Positions 61,045-64,000 of a stretch of DNA of 64,000 nt are shown piece after piece. Every line of letters starts with the position of its first letter. Positions within the stretch are counted from its first letter, which is position 1. The stretch is taken from contig CAWHAE010000009.1 in NCBI GenBank assembly GCA_963827235.1, forward strand, positions 896,001 through 960,000, written 5' to 3'. Made by a program: the position numbers and the translations under genes. The notes under the pieces are model-generated. The model was not told the origin of the DNA. It saw nothing but the letters and a program-made list of their open reading frames with translations, and did not search any database. The stretch comes from an uncultured bacterium (GTDB lineage Bacteria > Chloroflexota > UBA5177 > JANWHV01).

Positions 61045-61051
61045 GACCTTT

Positions 61052-61417
61052 CTATCCTGGAAGCACCCGCTTGATGACCTTGATCAGTTGCTCCGGCTGG
61101 AATGGCTTGACGATCCATCCCGTGGCGCCCGCGGCCTGGCCCTCGGCTTTTCGGTCGCTCGAGGCATCGGTAGTGAGCATCAGGATGGGAGTGAAGCGGT
61201 AGTTGGGCAGAGCACGGATCTGTTTGATCAGCTCGATGCCGTCTACCCACGGCATGTGCAGATCGGTGATCACCAGATCGGCCTGCTGGGCCTTCAGCTT
61301 GGTCAGAGCTTCGGCGCCATCGACCGCTTCGACCACCTGATAGCCGGACTTCTTCAGGCAGAAAGCGATCATCTGGCGCATGGTCACGGAGTCGTCGGCC
61401 GCCAAGATTGTCCGCAT
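61052..61417 (-). CDS. cheY: Chemotaxis response regulator CheY
   Basis: ILAADDS, ITDLHMP, PILMLTT, GWIVKPF; GGAGGGG RBS. Confidence 0.93.
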   Translation of the reverse strand: MRTILAADDSVTMRQMIAFCLKKSGYQVVEAVDGAEALTKLKAQQADLVITDLHMPWVDGIELIKQIRALPNYRFTPILMLTTDASSDRKAEGQAAGATGWIVKPFQPEQLIKVIKRVLPG

Positions 61418-61445
61418 GTACTTATCCCCTCCCTGGGCATGATTG

Positions 61446-62879
61446 CTAGAACAGGGTGACGTTGTCTCCCAGACCGGCGTCCGGGAGGCTCTGTCTGCCG
61501 GCACCGCGCAGACGCGCGTACACGGCAGTCTCGGGCGTGCCCGCATGTCCTTGCTCGACCGCGCTCATCACAAGGTGTTCGTCCTCGACCGTGTGATTCG
61601 CCCGGATCCGCGGCAGCATCTCGCTGCTGAGGGGGCGATCGCCGATAGTGTTGCAGCGGTTGGCCAGCTCCACGAGCTCGTGCAGCGGTGCTATGACATG
61701 CTCGATCTCCTGCCTGGTGATGTCCTGGAACTGCAGCGACGTCACCATCTGCTCCACCCGCTCGTCGATCTTCTCGCTGGTAGCGTGCAGATTGTCGGCG
61801 GAATGGGCCATGGCGTCCGTGATCGCCGTGACCCGGGTCCGGATGGTCCTTGCCACGGCCTGGGAGTGGCTTACCCGCTCGTCGTCCCTCATGGCGGCGG
61901 CCGCGAGGCCCTGCTGAAGGGACACGATCCCCAGCTCGATGTCCCCGGAGAGCGCGGCGACGTCGGAGGCGGCCTTGGCCGAGCGGTCCGAGAGGTTGCG
62001 TACTTCCTTCGCCACGACGGCAAACCCGGCGCCCAGCTCGCCTGCCCGTGCTGCCTCGATGGTGGCGTTGAGGGCGAGCAATCGCGTCTGGCTGGCAATG
62101 AACTCGATTTCCTGCACCAGAGCGCGGATTGCCTCAGGCCGCCCGAGCAGCGCCTGAACGTCGTCACCCAGGCGTTTATTGTCGGCGAGCCGCAGGCTGA
62201 AGGCTTCAATCGTGGAAGCCAGCTCGTCGACTCCGCTTCCGATCAGGTGGCAACCGCTCGAATCGTCCTGCGAGAAGGTCGTCGCCAGTTCCAGGCTCTG
62301 CGCGGCCTGGGAATTGGTCGCTTCCAGCAGCTCCTGCAGACGCTCGAGCAGGCTAAGCGCCGCCGCTTCCGTCTGCCTGACCACGTTTGCCAGCTGACCG
62401 CAGAGCGCCGGCTCTATGGCGCAGAAATCCGAGACGAACCGGCGCAGGTCCGCCAGGACCTCGCTATACTGAGCCACCAGGGCGTGGCCGGCTTCCAGCT
62501 CCTGGGCGCTCTGCTGCTGTTGCGCGGCCAACGCGGCGATCGTTTCGCGGGCCTCGGCCAGGCTCGTCTCGCCGGAGAGGGCGTTGTCTTCCAAGGCAAG
62601 GCGACGTGTCTGCTCCGCGGCACGCTCTTCCCGCGCGCGCTGCACGGCGGCACAGAGCTTGTCGCGCTCCGCGCTCTCGTCGTGTGCCTGCCAGAGCGTG
62701 AGTGCGACCAAGGCCACGATACCGGCCAGGCTGAGGATATCGAGGACCGGCCAGCGGAGGCCGCCGGCGAGTCCGGCCAGGGCGACTGCTGCGGCGACAA
62801 AGGCACCGCGAGCGGGCCGGTGCCATTCTACCGCAGGCGTGCCGGTCGAGGCGTTGAGCGGACGAACTGCTGTGGACAC
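61446..62879 (-). CDS. Methyl-accepting chemotaxis protein
   Basis: [33 protein letters not shown] signalling tip; LQFQDITRQ; two N-terminal TM segments without a large sensor domain. Confidence 0.9.
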   Translation of the reverse strand: MSTAVRPLNASTGTPAVEWHRPARGAFVAAAVALAGLAGGLRWPVLDILSLAGIVALVALTLWQAHDESAERDKLCAAVQRAREERAAEQTRRLALEDNALSGETSLAEARETIAALAAQQQQSAQELEAGHALVAQYSEVLADLRRFVSDFCAIEPALCGQLANVVRQTEAAALSLLERLQELLEATNSQAAQSLELATTFSQDDSSGCHLIGSGVDELASTIEAFSLRLADNKRLGDDVQALLGRPEAIRALVQEIEFIASQTRLLALNATIEAARAGELGAGFAVVAKEVRNLSDRSAKAASDVAALSGDIELGIVSLQQGLAAAAMRDDERVSHSQAVARTIRTRVTAITDAMAHSADNLHATSEKIDERVEQMVTSLQFQDITRQEIEHVIAPLHELVELANRCNTIGDRPLSSEMLPRIRANHTVEDEHLVMSAVEQGHAGTPETAVYARLRGAGRQSLPDAGLGDNVTLF

Positions 62880-63223
62880 TAGCTCACATCCTTCACTGGC
62901 TCGCCGTCCGCGAGCAGGAGACCGGCGAGGCCGGCCAGGCGGAGCGTCTCCTCGATTTCGGGGGAGACGTGTACACAGTAGAAACGCCGTCCATGCGCCC
63001 TCGCGGCCCGGGCGGCCGCGACGAGGATCTGGGCCACCGCCGCGTGCAGACCCGTGGTCTGGTGGAGATCGATGCAAAGGTCACCCGGCAGATCGGCGGC
63101 TGTCCTGAGTGTGATCAAGATTTCCTGAGCCGAATACACGTCAAGCGCGTCGAGCACGACTCTACTGGTAGTGCCGGGGAGATCGGTGCCTGGGTCCACG
63201 TTGTGTGCCTTTCCTGCAACCAA
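62879..63223 (-). CDS. STAS-domain protein of the chemosensory operon
   Basis: [20 protein letters not shown]...ETLRLAGL; position between cheW and the MCP gene. Confidence 0.75.
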   Translation of the reverse strand: MVAGKAHNVDPGTDLPGTTSRVVLDALDVYSAQEILITLRTAADLPGDLCIDLHQTTGLHAAVAQILVAAARAARAHGRRFYCVHVSPEIEETLRLAGLAGLLLADGEPVKDVS

Positions 63224-63278
63224 TAGTGTCCGCGGGGCCCGGGTCGAGCCACCTGACGTTTGCGAACGACGGCCCTGG

Positions 63279-64000
63279 CTACGGGGTCGCGCCCGATGCG
63301 CTCACGGCCACGATGCCCTCGAGGTCGAGAATGATGATCATGCCGCTGCTGCCGTCGTGCTTGCCGATGCCCTTGACGAAGCTGGAGTCGATCGAGCCCA
63401 CGACGGAGGGCGGCGGTTCTATGGCGTCGGCGGCGAGGCGCCTCACCTCGGACACTTCGTCGACGATCACGCCGGTTCGACGGCCGTCGACATCGACCAC
63501 GATGATGCTCGTCGATTCTGTCGCCGACCTGGCCGGCAGCGAGAATCGCTTGCGCAGGTCGATGACCGGCAAGACGTTGCCGCGCAGGTTAATGATGCCT
63601 TCGACGAACGGCGGCGTGCGGGGCACGCGAGTGATCCTGGTCATCCAGATGATCTCCTGGACGTACTCGATGGGCACGCCGAATTCCTCCTGCTCGATGC
63701 GGAAGCCGACGAACAGCCGCTCGTCGGCGATCCGCCGTCGAGCGTCGACCTCGGTATTGTCCATGGCCGACTCCTTTCCCGTGATAGCCGCAAGCGAGTC
63801 CATGTCGGCTATCGGCAGAATCCGGCTCGCGTCGAGCAGCATGATCAGTCGCTGCCCGTTGTCGAGCTTTGCTACGCCCCGGAGTTGTTCCCCGTCGCCG
63901 TCACCGGCGAAGCGCGGCAGCTCTTCCACGGCCGGCCCTGGCAGGCTCAGCACTTCGGACACCGCGTCGACCTGCATGCCGACCACCGTGGTGCCCACGT
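63279..64000 (-). CDS. cheW: Multi-domain CheW protein (5' end outside window)
   Basis: At least two CheW domains (VDAVSEVL; VEGIINLRGNVLPVIDLR; VDEVSEV). Confidence 0.9.
   Translation of the reverse strand, partial: VGTTVVGMQVDAVSEVLSLPGPAVEELPRFAGDGDGEQLRGVAKLDNGQRLIMLLDASRILPIADMDSLAAITGKESAMDNTEVDARRRIADERLFVGFRIEQEEFGVPIEYVQEIIWMTRITRVPRTPPFVEGIINLRGNVLPVIDLRKRFSLPARSATESTSIIVVDVDGRRTGVIVDEVSEVRRLAADAIEPPPSVVGSIDSSFVKGIGKHDGSSGMIIILDLEGIVAVSASGATP

Noticed and set aside
1-64000. CRISPR arrays, tRNA/rRNA genes, IS elements
   Set aside because: No regularly spaced direct repeats, cloverleaf or rRNA signatures, or transposase ORFs recognised by eye

Overview
High-GC bacterial chromosomal window. 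The gene content (T-box leader, alpha2-type GlyRS, F420-dependent enzymes, SARP/NB-ARC regulator) suggests a monoderm such as Chloroflexota or a relative; this is an inference. Housekeeping and metabolic genes (amino-acid ABC transporter, folC, trxB, leuS, birA, xerC/D-like, pfk, glyS) alternate with accessory blocks. The most notable block is a tightly coupled five-gene minus-strand operon at 12603-18084: an uncharacterised coiled-coil protein, two DUF2791/BrxD-like P-loop paralogues (one with degenerate Walker motifs), an uncharacterised protein and a SNF2 helicase. It has no PglZ, methyltransferase or recognisable nuclease and is a candidate undescribed defence or DNA-processing system. Other items of interest: a scrambled Rhs toxin/immunity locus (26.8-30.8 kb), a stand-alone small-ORF transcription unit (40.8 kb), a ~200-nt structured RNA candidate (41.9-42.1 kb), a Cys/Trp-rich leader peptide with attenuator before glyS, and a chemosensory operon with two CheA kinases, one carrying an MshEN-like motif. 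Single-base frameshifts in several genes, including leuS, most likely reflect long-read consensus errors. All family assignments come from motif recognition by eye; no searches were run.
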